Below, one piece after another: positions 29,736-39,247 of a stretch of DNA of 64,000 nt. Under the pieces are notes generated by a model. The model had not been told where the DNA came from, ran no database searches, and saw nothing but the letters and a program-made list of their open reading frames with translations. The first letter of the stretch is position 1. Each line of letters begins with the position of its first letter. The DNA comes from Leptospiraceae bacterium. Lineage in GTDB: Bacteria > Spirochaetota > Leptospiria > Leptospirales > Leptonemataceae. The position numbers and the translations under genes were made by a program. The DNA lies in the NCBI GenBank assembly GCA_026005135.1, contig BPKM01000008.1:20250-84249 (forward strand). The letters run 5' to 3'.

Positions 29736-30269
29736 TTATATATTTTTAAAATAGGCTGGATGTAATATTTGAGTAATTTGTACCCCATAAAATTCATCTA
29801 CAAGTACCAATTTACCTCTGGCAAATAATTTATCATTAATAAGTATATCAACTTCATCACCAACATTTTTATCCAATTCAACAATAGAACCCTCTCCTAA
29901 TAATAAAATATCTTTAATATACATAAATGTTCTACCAAGTTCTACGGTAAATTTAACATTTATATCATATAATTCCTTTAAGGGTATACCAGCTTTTTGT
30001 ATTTCCGAAGAACTAGGCGAAGTTATTTCAGAAGTTCCGAAGTTTGTAATATCCTGAATAGCACTATCCTGAGAACCCTCTACACCCAGATCACTTAATA
30101 AATTTGAAATATCATCTTTGGAAGAATTCTTCTGACCTGTTTCCTGAGTTTTCGTTGATTCAGAAGATAATAAATCGTCAGTAGAAAAATCTTCACTATC
30201 AGAAGATAAAATTTCATCTAATTGCTCTTCACTTAAATTTGATTCCTGAAAGTCACTTCCTTCCGCCAT
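29736..30269 (-). CDS. fliN: Flagellar motor switch protein FliN/FliY-like (C-terminal SpoA domain, acidic disordered N-terminus).
   Basis: C-terminal VELGRTFMYIKDILLLGEGSIVELDKNVGDEVDILINDKLFARGKLVLVDEFYGVQITQI. Confidence 0.8.
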   Translation of the reverse strand: MAEGSDFQESNLSEEQLDEILSSDSEDFSTDDLLSSESTKTQETGQKNSSKDDISNLLSDLGVEGSQDSAIQDITNFGTSEITSPSSSEIQKAGIPLKELYDINVKFTVELGRTFMYIKDILLLGEGSIVELDKNVGDEVDILINDKLFARGKLVLVDEFYGVQITQILHPAYFKNI

Positions 30270-30327
30270 ATTTTTGCCTTTTGAATATTCTTTTTTTTAA
30301 AATTATTTCCGAAAATAAAATAAATTC

Positions 30328-31185
30328 ATGTCTATTAAAAATCAACAACAAATCAAAAAAAATCATTTATACAAAGTAGAAAAAATTCCATTTTCTTTAT
30401 TTATTAAATTTTTTAAAAAATGGAAAAATTATTCCTATATTAATAAACTATTAGAAAAAATTGGTATAAATATAAAAATCCATATAAATCAATTTGCTTT
30501 TCGTTTTTATTTTTATTCTTCTGAATTTTACAAATTTAATATACCTTATAAAATAAAACAATTCTTATTTTATTTATTCCAAAAGTATATTTTTTATGAA
30601 TTTACCGCCTATATTCATAAAAAAAATGTTTTTTGTTACTGTATAAGTTCCTTATTTACTTTTTTTAATACATTAATATTTTTATTTTTTTTAAGATACC
30701 TGAAATTCTTTTTCTTTGAAAATCAAACCAATAACAAAGGTATTTTATTTTTTCCCTTTAAAGATTTATCTGAAATTCTTATAATAAAAAATTTTCATAT
30801 CGATATAATTTGCTATAAAGCCAATTTATATCATCTTGATAAAATTTACAAAGGTTATTATGTTGATTTAAATTTTAATAAATTGATTCTTTTAAAAAAG
30901 AAAAATATACTAAAATTTAATGCAAAAAATTTAAAAGAAATCTCTCAATTAAGTTTTCCTTCAAATAATTATAACGAAACTGATGTCAGAAATTATTTAT
31001 TTTTTCTTATAGGTTCCAAAATTTATCTATATAAAATTCAATTAAAATTTTATGCAAATAGAATTTATCAAATTAATAATACATCTTCATTTTATATACC
31101 TTTAAAAGAAATTCAAGTTATTCATTTTAAAACTATCCCAATAGAAGATTTCTATTTAAGAAATTGTAATTATAAATCCGAATAG
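30328..31185 (+). CDS. Hypothetical protein (F/Y/K/I-rich, possibly membrane).
   Basis: Long ORF in AT-rich DNA, with no recognisable motif. The stop codon spans the MITE junction. Confidence 0.35.
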   Translation: MSIKNQQQIKKNHLYKVEKIPFSLFIKFFKKWKNYSYINKLLEKIGINIKIHINQFAFRFYFYSSEFYKFNIPYKIKQFLFYLFQKYIFYEFTAYIHKKNVFCYCISSLFTFFNTLIFLFFLRYLKFFFFENQTNNKGILFFPFKDLSEILIIKNFHIDIICYKANLYHLDKIYKGYYVDLNFNKLILLKKKNILKFNAKNLKEISQLSFPSNNYNETDVRNYLFFLIGSKIYLYKIQLKFYANRIYQINNTSSFYIPLKEIQVIHFKTIPIEDFYLRNCNYKSE

Positions 31186-31321
31186 CTTTGTTGTATAACT
31201 CCCATTTTAAAATAAAATTTTTAATAAAAGCGAGAATTTTTCAAATTATAAAAAATTTTCAAATGATATTTTTAAATAATATTATAAAATAGAAATTCAT
31301 AAACTTTTATGCAACAGAGCC
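31184..31321. mobile_element. MITE-like element, copy 1 (138 bp).
   Basis: Ends AGCTTTGTTGTATAA / TTATGCAACAGAGCC match 12/15 as inverted repeats. Flanked by the perfect 9-bp direct repeat AATCCGAAT (31175-31183 and 31322-31330). Confidence 0.75.
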
Positions 31322-31388
31322 AATCCGAATAATAAAAATTATAAAAATAAATAATGACACTAAAAATTTTTAGAATTAATTGGTACTA

Positions 31389-32651
31389 ATGATTGATATT
31401 CTACTAAAAAATGGCTATAGAATTTTCGAAACTATTAGTGTATTTGGTTCTAAAGGTCTTTCTTTACTATTAAACAATCAAAAACCAACACCAAAATTAC
31501 TTCGAGAAACATTTGAAGAATTAGGAACAACCTATATTAAATTAGGACAATTTATTGCAAGTGCTCCTTCTTTATTTCCAGAAGAATATGTAAAAGAATT
31601 TCAGAAGTGTCTTGATCAAACCAATCCCATTCCTTTTTCCGAAATAGAAAAGGTATTAAAACAAGAATTTAAAAAACCCCTACATAAAATATTTGATTCT
31701 ATAGAAGAAAAAGCATTAGCAAGTGCTTCTATTGCTCAGGTTCATGCTGCTAAATTAAAAGATGGTACAGATGTAGTTTTAAAGGTACAAAAACCTGGTG
31801 TTAGAGATATTATACTAACAGATATGAATTTTGTTTATATTGCTTCGAAAGTATTTGAACTTCTTATTCCAGAAGCAAAGAGATTATCTCTTTCTGAAAT
31901 TATAGAAGATCTTCAAAGAAGTATGCTAAATGAATGTGATTTTATTCTAGAAGCAAAATATACAAAACAATTCAGAAAATTTTTAAAAGATTTTAATATA
32001 AAGGATGTTGTTGTTCCTTATATTTATGATTCCTTAACAACTTCCAGAGTAATTACCATGGAAAGACTTTATGGAATTCCATTAAGAGACCCTCAAACAA
32101 TTAAAAAATATACAAATAATCCTTCGGAAGTTATTGCTAAAGCATTAAATGTCTGGTTTTTAAGTTTATTATATTGTGATTTTTTTCATGCAGATGTGCA
32201 TGCTGGAAATTTAATGCTTCTTAATGATGGTAAAATTGCCTTTATCGATTTTGGTATTGTAGGACAAATAAAAAAAAGCACGTGGGAAGGTTTACAAAAA
32301 ATACTTATTGCTATGGAATCAGAACCTATCAATTATCCATTGATGGCAGAAGGATTAATCCAATCTGGTATTGCTCATCAAAAGGTTGATAAAATCAAAT
32401 TTGCTTACGATTTAAAAAAGGCTTTTGATGCAATAGAATCCTTAGAAGACGAAATTTTTACTAATCCAGATTTACAGGAAGAAGAAATTAATAAAAAACT
32501 ATTAACTATTGTTAATGTTGCAAAAGAAAATGGAATTCGCTTCCCCAGAGAATTTGGTTTATTATTAAAACAATTTTTATATTTTGATAGATATATTAGA
32601 ACATTAGCTCCAGAAATCAGTATTGCAAATAATTTTAAAGCATTACGTTAA
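31389..32651 (+). CDS. ABC1/UbiB-family atypical protein kinase.
   Basis: LGTTYIKLGQFIAS, ASASIAQVHAAKL, FFHADVHAGNLM, IDFGIVG. I prefer ATG 31389 over TTG 31380. Confidence 0.8.
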   Translation: MIDILLKNGYRIFETISVFGSKGLSLLLNNQKPTPKLLRETFEELGTTYIKLGQFIASAPSLFPEEYVKEFQKCLDQTNPIPFSEIEKVLKQEFKKPLHKIFDSIEEKALASASIAQVHAAKLKDGTDVVLKVQKPGVRDIILTDMNFVYIASKVFELLIPEAKRLSLSEIIEDLQRSMLNECDFILEAKYTKQFRKFLKDFNIKDVVVPYIYDSLTTSRVITMERLYGIPLRDPQTIKKYTNNPSEVIAKALNVWFLSLLYCDFFHADVHAGNLMLLNDGKIAFIDFGIVGQIKKSTWEGLQKILIAMESEPINYPLMAEGLIQSGIAHQKVDKIKFAYDLKKAFDAIESLEDEIFTNPDLQEEEINKKLLTIVNVAKENGIRFPREFGLLLKQFLYFDRYIRTLAPEISIANNFKALR

Positions 32652-32654
32652 ATC

Positions 32655-34364
32655 TTAAGATATTAATTTTCTTTTTTCTTCTATAAAATCTGCCAATACA
32701 AATTTTCCTAATTCGGAAGGATGTGGATAAAAGATTCTTCCTTTTGTAACCTTGGCAAAGTCATGTATAAAAGAACGTCCCTCAAAAAAATTAAAATTCC
32801 ATTCATTTGTTAATAGAAACGTGTTTAAAATAATATCTTCTTCTTTACACATAATAGCTTCTTTAAGTGCAAAATCAAAATCTGCTGGTGATGGTGGATA
32901 ATTAATATGTAATACGCTTCCTTCGATATGGGCAGTAGGTACCCCATCTGTTATTAATATGATTTGTTTATTTTTTGTTTGTTTTGAACCTAATAATTTT
33001 CTGGATAAAGCAAGGCCTCGTTGCAAATTTGTAAAATATTCTGGTATGCCTCTATAGTCTAATGGTTTTCTTTTTGATAAATCAAATCTAAGACGAATAA
33101 ATGGATCAAAAAGTGTTACAGGATATGGTTGTAACTTAGGAATTTCGGCAATAGAAAAGATTTTTGCAAAAGTACCAAATCCAACAATATGCAATGTATC
33201 TTCTTTATATTCTTCTCTTATTAGTGCTTCTAAAGCTAAGATCATTTTTTTTGCATAATAAAAACGATCTACTCTAAACATAGATCCAGACATATCCAAT
33301 AATATTACAATACTACTTTTTGCCATTCCTCTACTTTTAAAAACCTCTAAATCTCGAAAGCCTGGTTTGGGTTTTCCAGTCCTGATAAAGGCATTAATAA
33401 GACTATTGGTTATATCAAGATTACTTAAATTATCGCCTGGTTGATACTCTCTTGTTATAGGTGTTACCTGTTCACCATCACCTTCTTCTTTTGTATATAA
33501 TGCACCTCCAGTATCATCTGATCTTAAATGCTTAAATATTTCTTCTAAGGATTTTCGTCCTATTTTTTTTATTGTTTCTGGAGAAAGTTCTATATCTCCC
33601 TCTTCATTTCTAATAATTTTACCTTGTTTTTCTAAAAGTTCAGTTAATTGTTTAAAAATTTCTTCCCTTCTTTTTATAAATTCCTGATAAGATTCCGGAC
33701 CAAGATATTTACTTAATGCTTCTAAATCAAAATTATATACATCACCATTTTCGAGAGAGTTTTTTAAATTTTCTATCAATTGTTCTAAATCCTGTAATGC
33801 TAAAACTAATTCTACAGATTCTTTTCTATTTAATTGTTCTTTACCTTTAAAATGATATTTTTTTAAACCTTCTAATAATAAATTTAAATCTTCTATATCT
33901 TTAATTAATTGATTTAATTCCCTATGAGATAATTTTTTTTCTAAGGAGGGATTTTTAAAAATTTCCCATTTAAACTGATTTAATTTATCAAAAGAACGAT
34001 TTTCAATTGCTTCTTTTAGTTTATTTAGCATATTTGGAAAATTTATCAATTTTTTTTCAATTTCTTTATAATGCTTTGTTATATCTTTTTCTGTTTCCTG
34101 AATTCCCGATCTTATATCATATTGGTTTTGCAAATCCTGTATCTGTTGTTGTAATTTATTTATAAAATCTTTTAATAAATCATCCATTCCACCCTGTTTT
34201 AAAAAAAGATTTACAGGAATGCCACGTTGAATAAGTTCTCTTAATGCTTCTTCAAGCTGAATATCATAACGCATAACTAATTCGGAAAGGAGGGACATTA
34301 ATTTGTCAGTATTCCATTTATTATTATCTTCTGGTTCATATGGTATATAACGGTATATAATCAT
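32655..34364 (-). CDS. von Willebrand factor A (VWA) domain protein with a long helical N-terminal region.
   Basis: MIDAS-type SIVILLDMSGSM, followed by ILITDGVPT. Confidence 0.7.
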   Translation of the reverse strand: MIIYRYIPYEPEDNNKWNTDKLMSLLSELVMRYDIQLEEALRELIQRGIPVNLFLKQGGMDDLLKDFINKLQQQIQDLQNQYDIRSGIQETEKDITKHYKEIEKKLINFPNMLNKLKEAIENRSFDKLNQFKWEIFKNPSLEKKLSHRELNQLIKDIEDLNLLLEGLKKYHFKGKEQLNRKESVELVLALQDLEQLIENLKNSLENGDVYNFDLEALSKYLGPESYQEFIKRREEIFKQLTELLEKQGKIIRNEEGDIELSPETIKKIGRKSLEEIFKHLRSDDTGGALYTKEEGDGEQVTPITREYQPGDNLSNLDITNSLINAFIRTGKPKPGFRDLEVFKSRGMAKSSIVILLDMSGSMFRVDRFYYAKKMILALEALIREEYKEDTLHIVGFGTFAKIFSIAEIPKLQPYPVTLFDPFIRLRFDLSKRKPLDYRGIPEYFTNLQRGLALSRKLLGSKQTKNKQIILITDGVPTAHIEGSVLHINYPPSPADFDFALKEAIMCKEEDIILNTFLLTNEWNFNFFEGRSFIHDFAKVTKGRIFYPHPSELGKFVLADFIEEKRKLIS

Positions 34365-35184
34365 GATACGAATCCTTACTTATAATATACATAAAGCAAT
34401 TGGTAATGACCGCAAATTTTCCTTAGATAGAATTATAGAATTTTTAAAAAAATGTCAAGCAGATATTATATGTTTACAGGAAGTGGATTATCTTGTTCCT
34501 CGTTCCAAAAATGAAGATTTAGCTTTAATCATTGCAGAAAGTCTTGGTTATCATTATGAATTAGGACTTAATGTATATTTAAAAAAAGGTGCTTATGGAA
34601 ATGCTATTTTTAGTCGTTTTCCCATTGTACATTCCGAAAATTTAAATATTACCTGGGGTATAAAAAAACGTCGAGGATGTCTAATGGCAAAAATTATCAC
34701 CCCATTAGAATTATTAAAAAATGATTTATTCTATTCAGAGTTTAAAGAAAAAATTCAAAAATCTAAAAAACATATAGAAGATTTCTCCATTAAAGAAATA
34801 GGAATTTTAAATATGCATCTTGGTTTAGCAAATTTTGAACGATTATGGCAGGTAGAACAAATATTAAATTCAGCTTTTATCGAAATTATGAAAAACTATC
34901 CATTAGTTATTGTAGGTGATACAAATGATCGTTTAGAACGTGTCGATAAATTATTCGAAAAAAAAGGATTCTTTGATACAACTAAACTTATTTCATTAAA
35001 TAAAAAAATAAAAAAAAGCCAATTTTATACTTTTCCTTCTTATTCTCCTCAACCTATCATTCGAATTGATAAAATTTTTATAAATTCTTACTGGGAAGTA
35101 ATAGATCATAAAGTTATAAAAGATAAATTAACTAAAATTGCTTCTGATCACTATCCTATTTATGTAGATTTAAAATTAAAATGA
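34363..35184 (+). CDS. Endonuclease/exonuclease/phosphatase (EEP) family protein.
   Basis: MIRILTYNIH, ICLQEV, VGDTND, SDHYPI. Confidence 0.8.
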   Translation: MIRILTYNIHKAIGNDRKFSLDRIIEFLKKCQADIICLQEVDYLVPRSKNEDLALIIAESLGYHYELGLNVYLKKGAYGNAIFSRFPIVHSENLNITWGIKKRRGCLMAKIITPLELLKNDLFYSEFKEKIQKSKKHIEDFSIKEIGILNMHLGLANFERLWQVEQILNSAFIEIMKNYPLVIVGDTNDRLERVDKLFEKKGFFDTTKLISLNKKIKKSQFYTFPSYSPQPIIRIDKIFINSYWEVIDHKVIKDKLTKIASDHYPIYVDLKLK

Positions 35185-35253
35185 TTAGATTTTTAGTTGC
35201 CGTTTTTATCGTCCTTATTTTTATTATACATCTAAAAAAACGGAGGATAAAAT

Positions 35254-36141
35254 ATGGCTTGGTTTAAAAGAATCTTTTTATTTGTTTTAACCAATATTTT
35301 AATAATTGTCACAATAAGTATCGTAACATCTCTATTAGGAATTCAACCCTATTTAAGAGGATATGGTATTGATTTAACATCTCTTGCTATTTTCTGTCTT
35401 ATCTGGGGTATGGGTGGTTCTTTTATATCTTTACTATTATCTAAATTTATGGCAAAAATGATGATGGGGGTTCATGTAATTCAACCAGGTGATCCCCAAT
35501 TTGGCTGGCTTGTTCATAAAGTACATAATATTGCAAGAAAAGCAGGTATTACAAAAATGCCAGAAGTAGGAATTTACGAAAGCCCAGAATTAAATGCTTT
35601 TGCAACTGGACCTTCAAAGAATAATGCTCTTGTAGCTGTTTCTACTGGTCTATTACAACATATGGAGGAAGATGCATTAGAAGGCGTTTTAGGACACGAA
35701 GTTGCACATATAGCCAATGGAGATATGGTTACAATGACTTTATTACAGGGTATAATTAATGCCTTTGTAATGTTTTTTGCTAGAATTATTGCTTTTGCTG
35801 TAAGTTCAGCAGTAAGAGATGATGATTTACGTCATTTTGTTCAATTTGCATTAATTATTGTTTTAGAAATTGCATTAAGTTTTCTTGGTATGATGGTTGT
35901 TGCATGGTTTTCTCGTTATAGAGAATTTCGTGCAGATGAAGGTGGTGCAAAATTTACTTCCAGAACAAGTATGATTAATGCACTAAAAACATTACGCGAC
36001 TATTACGAAATAGAAGATCCTCGTGGTCAGGAATTAGCTGCATTTAAAATTTCTAATAAATCCCATGGTTTAATGGCATTATTTTCAACCCATCCACCTT
36101 TAGAAGAAAGAATTGCTCGTTTACAAAAATTAGCAATTTAA
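35254..36141 (+). CDS. htpX: Zinc metalloprotease HtpX.
   Basis: HEVAHIANGD (HExxH), four TM helices, C-terminal STHPPLEERI. Confidence 0.9.
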   Translation: MAWFKRIFLFVLTNILIIVTISIVTSLLGIQPYLRGYGIDLTSLAIFCLIWGMGGSFISLLLSKFMAKMMMGVHVIQPGDPQFGWLVHKVHNIARKAGITKMPEVGIYESPELNAFATGPSKNNALVAVSTGLLQHMEEDALEGVLGHEVAHIANGDMVTMTLLQGIINAFVMFFARIIAFAVSSAVRDDDLRHFVQFALIIVLEIALSFLGMMVVAWFSRYREFRADEGGAKFTSRTSMINALKTLRDYYEIEDPRGQELAAFKISNKSHGLMALFSTHPPLEERIARLQKLAI

Positions 36142-36150
36142 TTATCAATT

Positions 36151-36190
36151 GCGGTCGAGTTCTCTATTTACATTCGACCGCATTTTCTTA
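36151..36190 (+). terminator. Terminator-like hairpin after htpX.
   Basis: GCGGTCGA (36151-58) / TCGACCGC (36174-81) with a 15-nt loop, followed by ATTTTCTTA. Confidence 0.5.
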
Positions 36191-36235
36191 TTTATCTTTA
36201 TTTACAAATTTTTAATTAAAATTTAATTAGCTCTT

Positions 36236-37141
36236 ATGGAAGGTCATAATTCTTTAAGAGCTATTTTATATGCTTTTTTAGCAAATTTAGGAATAGGGAT
36301 TACAAAATTAGCAGCTGCCATTTATACTGGTTCTGGTAGTATGTTAGCAGAAGCAATTCATTCTTTTGCAGATACTTCTAATCAGATATTATTATTTATT
36401 GGACTTAAACGTTCCCAGAGACCTCCTGATGAGAAACATCCTCTTGGCTATGGTAAAACAATTTATTTCTGGAGTTTTCTTGTTGCTATCCTACTTTTTA
36501 GTATGGGAGGTTTATTCTCTATTTACGAGGGAATACATAAACTGGAATCTAAAGAATCAATTCAATCACCATGGATTGCATTAGTTGTTCTTGGTATCTC
36601 TATTATTCTTGAATTTCTAAGTTTATTAGGTGCTTTAAAAGAAATTTATATAATTAAAAAAGAAACTCCTTTATTCCAGTGGTTAAAAGAATCTACGAAA
36701 GCAGAACTTGTTGTTGTTTTTGGAGAAGATGTTGCAGCTTTACTTGGTTTAATTATTGCTTTTCTATTTGTATTTTTAGCATATTATTTAAAAAATCCAG
36801 TTTTCGATGCAATTGGTTCTATTTGTATAGGTATATTGTTAATTATTATTTCCCTGATGATTTGTATTCGTATTAAATCTATGATAATTGGAGAATCAGC
36901 AAATCAAACCATTAAAGAAGAAATTAATCAAATCATTTCTCAAATACAAGAAATAGAAAAAGTATTTCGAGTAATTACAGTTCAATTAGGACCAGATGTA
37001 ATGCTTTCTGCGAAAATCAAATTAAAATCTCATTTAAATATTGAACAGGCTGTAAAAATTATTAATCAATTAGAAAAAAAAATCAAACAAAAGATTCCAG
37101 ATATTAAATGGAGTTTTATTGAACCTGATATTAAAGATTAA
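36236..37141 (+). CDS. Cation diffusion facilitator (CDF) family metal efflux transporter.
   Basis: Six TM helices. HSFADTSNQ in TM2. C-terminal cytoplasmic domain. Confidence 0.8.
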   Translation: MEGHNSLRAILYAFLANLGIGITKLAAAIYTGSGSMLAEAIHSFADTSNQILLFIGLKRSQRPPDEKHPLGYGKTIYFWSFLVAILLFSMGGLFSIYEGIHKLESKESIQSPWIALVVLGISIILEFLSLLGALKEIYIIKKETPLFQWLKESTKAELVVVFGEDVAALLGLIIAFLFVFLAYYLKNPVFDAIGSICIGILLIIISLMICIRIKSMIIGESANQTIKEEINQIISQIQEIEKVFRVITVQLGPDVMLSAKIKLKSHLNIEQAVKIINQLEKKIKQKIPDIKWSFIEPDIKD

Positions 37142-37227
37142 ATTTTCTTTAAAGTTACTTTATACCGAAACAACTTGGAATTTCTGATAAAGAAAGAAAA
37201 AGTAGTTGATTAATAATAGAGAAAATA

Positions 37228-37406
37228 GGCTTTGTTGCATAACTCCCATTTTAAAGCAAAATTTTTTATAAAAGCGAAATTTTTTTCAAATAATACTAAC
37301 ATATGTTTAAAAATTTAATACTTTTTTCATATCATGAAAAATTGTCTAAGAATGTTGATAAATATTTTTATAAATAGCAAATCATTAACTTTTATGCAAC
37401 AGAGCC
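37228..37406. mobile_element. MITE-like element, copy 2 (179 bp).
   Basis: Ends GGCTTTGTTGCATAA / TTATGCAACAGAGCC match 14/15 as inverted repeats. Flanked by the perfect 9-bp direct repeat GAGAAAATA (37219-37227 and 37407-37415). It shares about 70 bp on the left and about 35 bp on the right with copy 1. Confidence 0.8.
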
Positions 37407-37447
37407 GAGAAAATATAATTTTATAATCGTAATAAAGTGAGCTATTA

Positions 37448-37693
37448 ATGAAGGCAAATTTTCTAACAGAAGAACAAAAAGATATTATAAAAAAACAGCA
37501 TAGAGCAATTAAAAATAAAAAGATAGCAGATAGATTAAAAGCAATATTATTACTCAATGATGGATATACTTACGAGCAAGTTGCTCATATATTATTGTTA
37601 GATGAAACTACAATAAGAAATTATATAAAGCGTTATAGAGAAAAAGGGATAGAAGGTCTCATAGAAGATAACTATCATCAGACGAGCATTTAA
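37448..37693 (+). CDS. IS630-family transposase, N-terminal HTH fragment.
   Basis: ADRLKAILLLNDGYTYEQVAHILLLDETTIRNYIKRYREKGIEGL is typical of the IS630/Tc1 N-terminal HTH. Confidence 0.75.
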   Translation: MKANFLTEEQKDIIKKQHRAIKNKKIADRLKAILLLNDGYTYEQVAHILLLDETTIRNYIKRYREKGIEGLIEDNYHQTSI

Positions 37694-38436
37694 GTCAGAA
37701 GGTATATACAACAATCAAAGAAATAAGAGAATATATTAAAAAGCGATTTGGAATATATTATAGTTTAGAGGGTGTAAGGAAACTTTTACATAAAATGGGT
37801 TATGTTTATAAAAAGACAAAACAGATACCAGCTAAAGCAGATAAAGAAAAACAAGAGAGATTTAGGGAAAAATATAAGTTTTTAAAAGCTTCTAAATCAG
37901 AAGAGGACCAGATATATTTTGTAGATGCAGTTCACGTAATTCATAATTCGATGCCATCTTATGGTTGGATAAAGAAAGGAAAAGAGAAAAACATTTTATC
38001 TAATACAGGAAGGAAGGGAATTAATATAAAGGGGGCATATAATGTAGAAACAAAGGAAGTAGTCATCATGGAAGCCCAGAAAGTTAATTCAGAGGTTTTA
38101 ATAAGTTTGATAGATGAATTACAATATAAACAGAAGAAAGGAAATATTATTTTAATATTAGATAATGCGAGATATAATAGAAGCAAATTAATACAAGAAT
38201 ATTTAAAACAAAATTCACGAGTAAAAATATCTTACTTACCACCATATTCACCAAACTTGAATCTTATTGAAAGATTATGGAAATTTTTTAAAAAGAAAAT
38301 TCTTTATAATAAATATTATGAGAGTTTTGATGCATTTAGAGATAGTTGTATACAATTTTTTAAAAATATTGAAATGTATCGAAGTGAGCTCAATAGCCTT
38401 ATGACAGAAAATTTTTGTATTATAAATAGTAGTTGA
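37672..38436 (+). pseudogene. IS630-family transposase, DDE catalytic fragment in a different frame from the N-terminal part.
   Basis: Frame 1 is open from 37672 (..HLSQKVYTTIKEIREYIKKRFGIYYSLEGVRKLLHKMGYVYKK). DDE residues lie in IYFVDAVH, LILDNARYN and YLPPYSPNLNLIERLW. The 22-nt frame overlap has no A/T-heptamer slippery site. Confidence 0.7.
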
Positions 38437-38587
38437 CATTAGAAAATTATAATGGTATAGGTATAATTCTAATAAAATAAACCATTTATTCATTTCTAAA
38501 ACTATTATGATTGCCATTTCGAATATTGTAATTTTTTTGAATTAACAATAGTAATATTGAATATTTACTAAATCCTTAATTTATCTT

Positions 38588-39244
38588 ATGGATAGAAAAG
38601 ATTTTTTTACAAAAGGTATTAAAGAACTTGCAAAAGAACTTTATAAAACCCCTGTAGGAAATTTTATTGATTTACGTCTGCAAACAATTGTAAATGCATT
38701 AGAACCTTTTGCAAATTATAGCGAAGATGTAGATACAAATCAAAAATCAAACTCTAATGACAAAAACAATAAAACAATTCATAAAGTAATTTTTGTTAGA
38801 CCACCTGGTTCAAATCCAAATCCAGAAAAGTTTTTACGATTATGCAATACCTGTGGTGATTGCATTATTGCCTGTCCTTATAATGCTATATTTAAAATTG
38901 AGGGTATAGAAGGACCAGTAATGAATCCAAATCTTAAAGCATGTTATTTATGCGAAGATTATCCCTGCATTGAAGCATGCGAAACAAATGCTCTTATGCC
39001 CTTAGAAGAAAACACTTTTCCTTATTTTGGCTATGCAGAAATAAATATAGAAAAATGTCAGAACTATGAATTATTAAATTCCAGAAAAAAGAAATTAAAT
39101 TGTTCTTTATGCTATGATGAATGCCCTATAGAAGATGCTATAAGTATTTATAATAAAGTTCCCGAAATACTTGAAAATTGTATTGGTTGCGGAATTTGTA
39201 AACATCAATGTCCAGAAAATGCTATTGAAATTAAGCTCGAATAA
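38588..39244 (+). CDS. 4Fe-4S ferredoxin-type multi-cluster protein.
   Basis: CNTCGDCIIACP, CYLCEDYPCIEAC, CSLCYDECP, CIGCGICKHQCP. Confidence 0.8.
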   Translation: MDRKDFFTKGIKELAKELYKTPVGNFIDLRLQTIVNALEPFANYSEDVDTNQKSNSNDKNNKTIHKVIFVRPPGSNPNPEKFLRLCNTCGDCIIACPYNAIFKIEGIEGPVMNPNLKACYLCEDYPCIEACETNALMPLEENTFPYFGYAEINIEKCQNYELLNSRKKKLNCSLCYDECPIEDAISIYNKVPEILENCIGCGICKHQCPENAIEIKLE

Positions 39245-39247
39245 TAT

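Larger units (their letters stand above)
37414..38451 (+). mobile_element. IS630-family insertion sequence. The boundaries are tentative.
   Basis: Contains the two transposase fragments listed next. Candidate TIRs are TATAATTTTATAAT (37414-27) and the reverse complement of 38438-51 (TATAATTTTCTAAT), a 13/14 match, each starting with TA. The low-complexity match could be chance. Confidence 0.55.

Noticed and set aside
31389-35184. The ABC1 kinase + VWA + EEP genes as a TerY-P-like or vWA-MoxR-type system.
   Set aside because: The kinase and VWA genes are convergent, not operonic. No MoxR ATPase or PP2C phosphatase is adjacent. The EEP gene is divergent from the VWA gene.
37327-37557. A 76-aa minus-strand ORF spanning the MITE and the IS630 start.
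   Set aside because: It overlaps the non-coding MITE and runs antisense to the transposase HTH fragment. Its hydrophobic, low-complexity translation is most likely spurious.
37228-38451. The MITE as a deletion derivative of the adjacent IS630-family element.
   Set aside because: The MITE has 9-bp target duplications and 15-bp GGCTYTGTTGCATAA termini. IS630-type elements duplicate TA only, and the candidate IS ends (TATAATTTT.TAAT) are unrelated.
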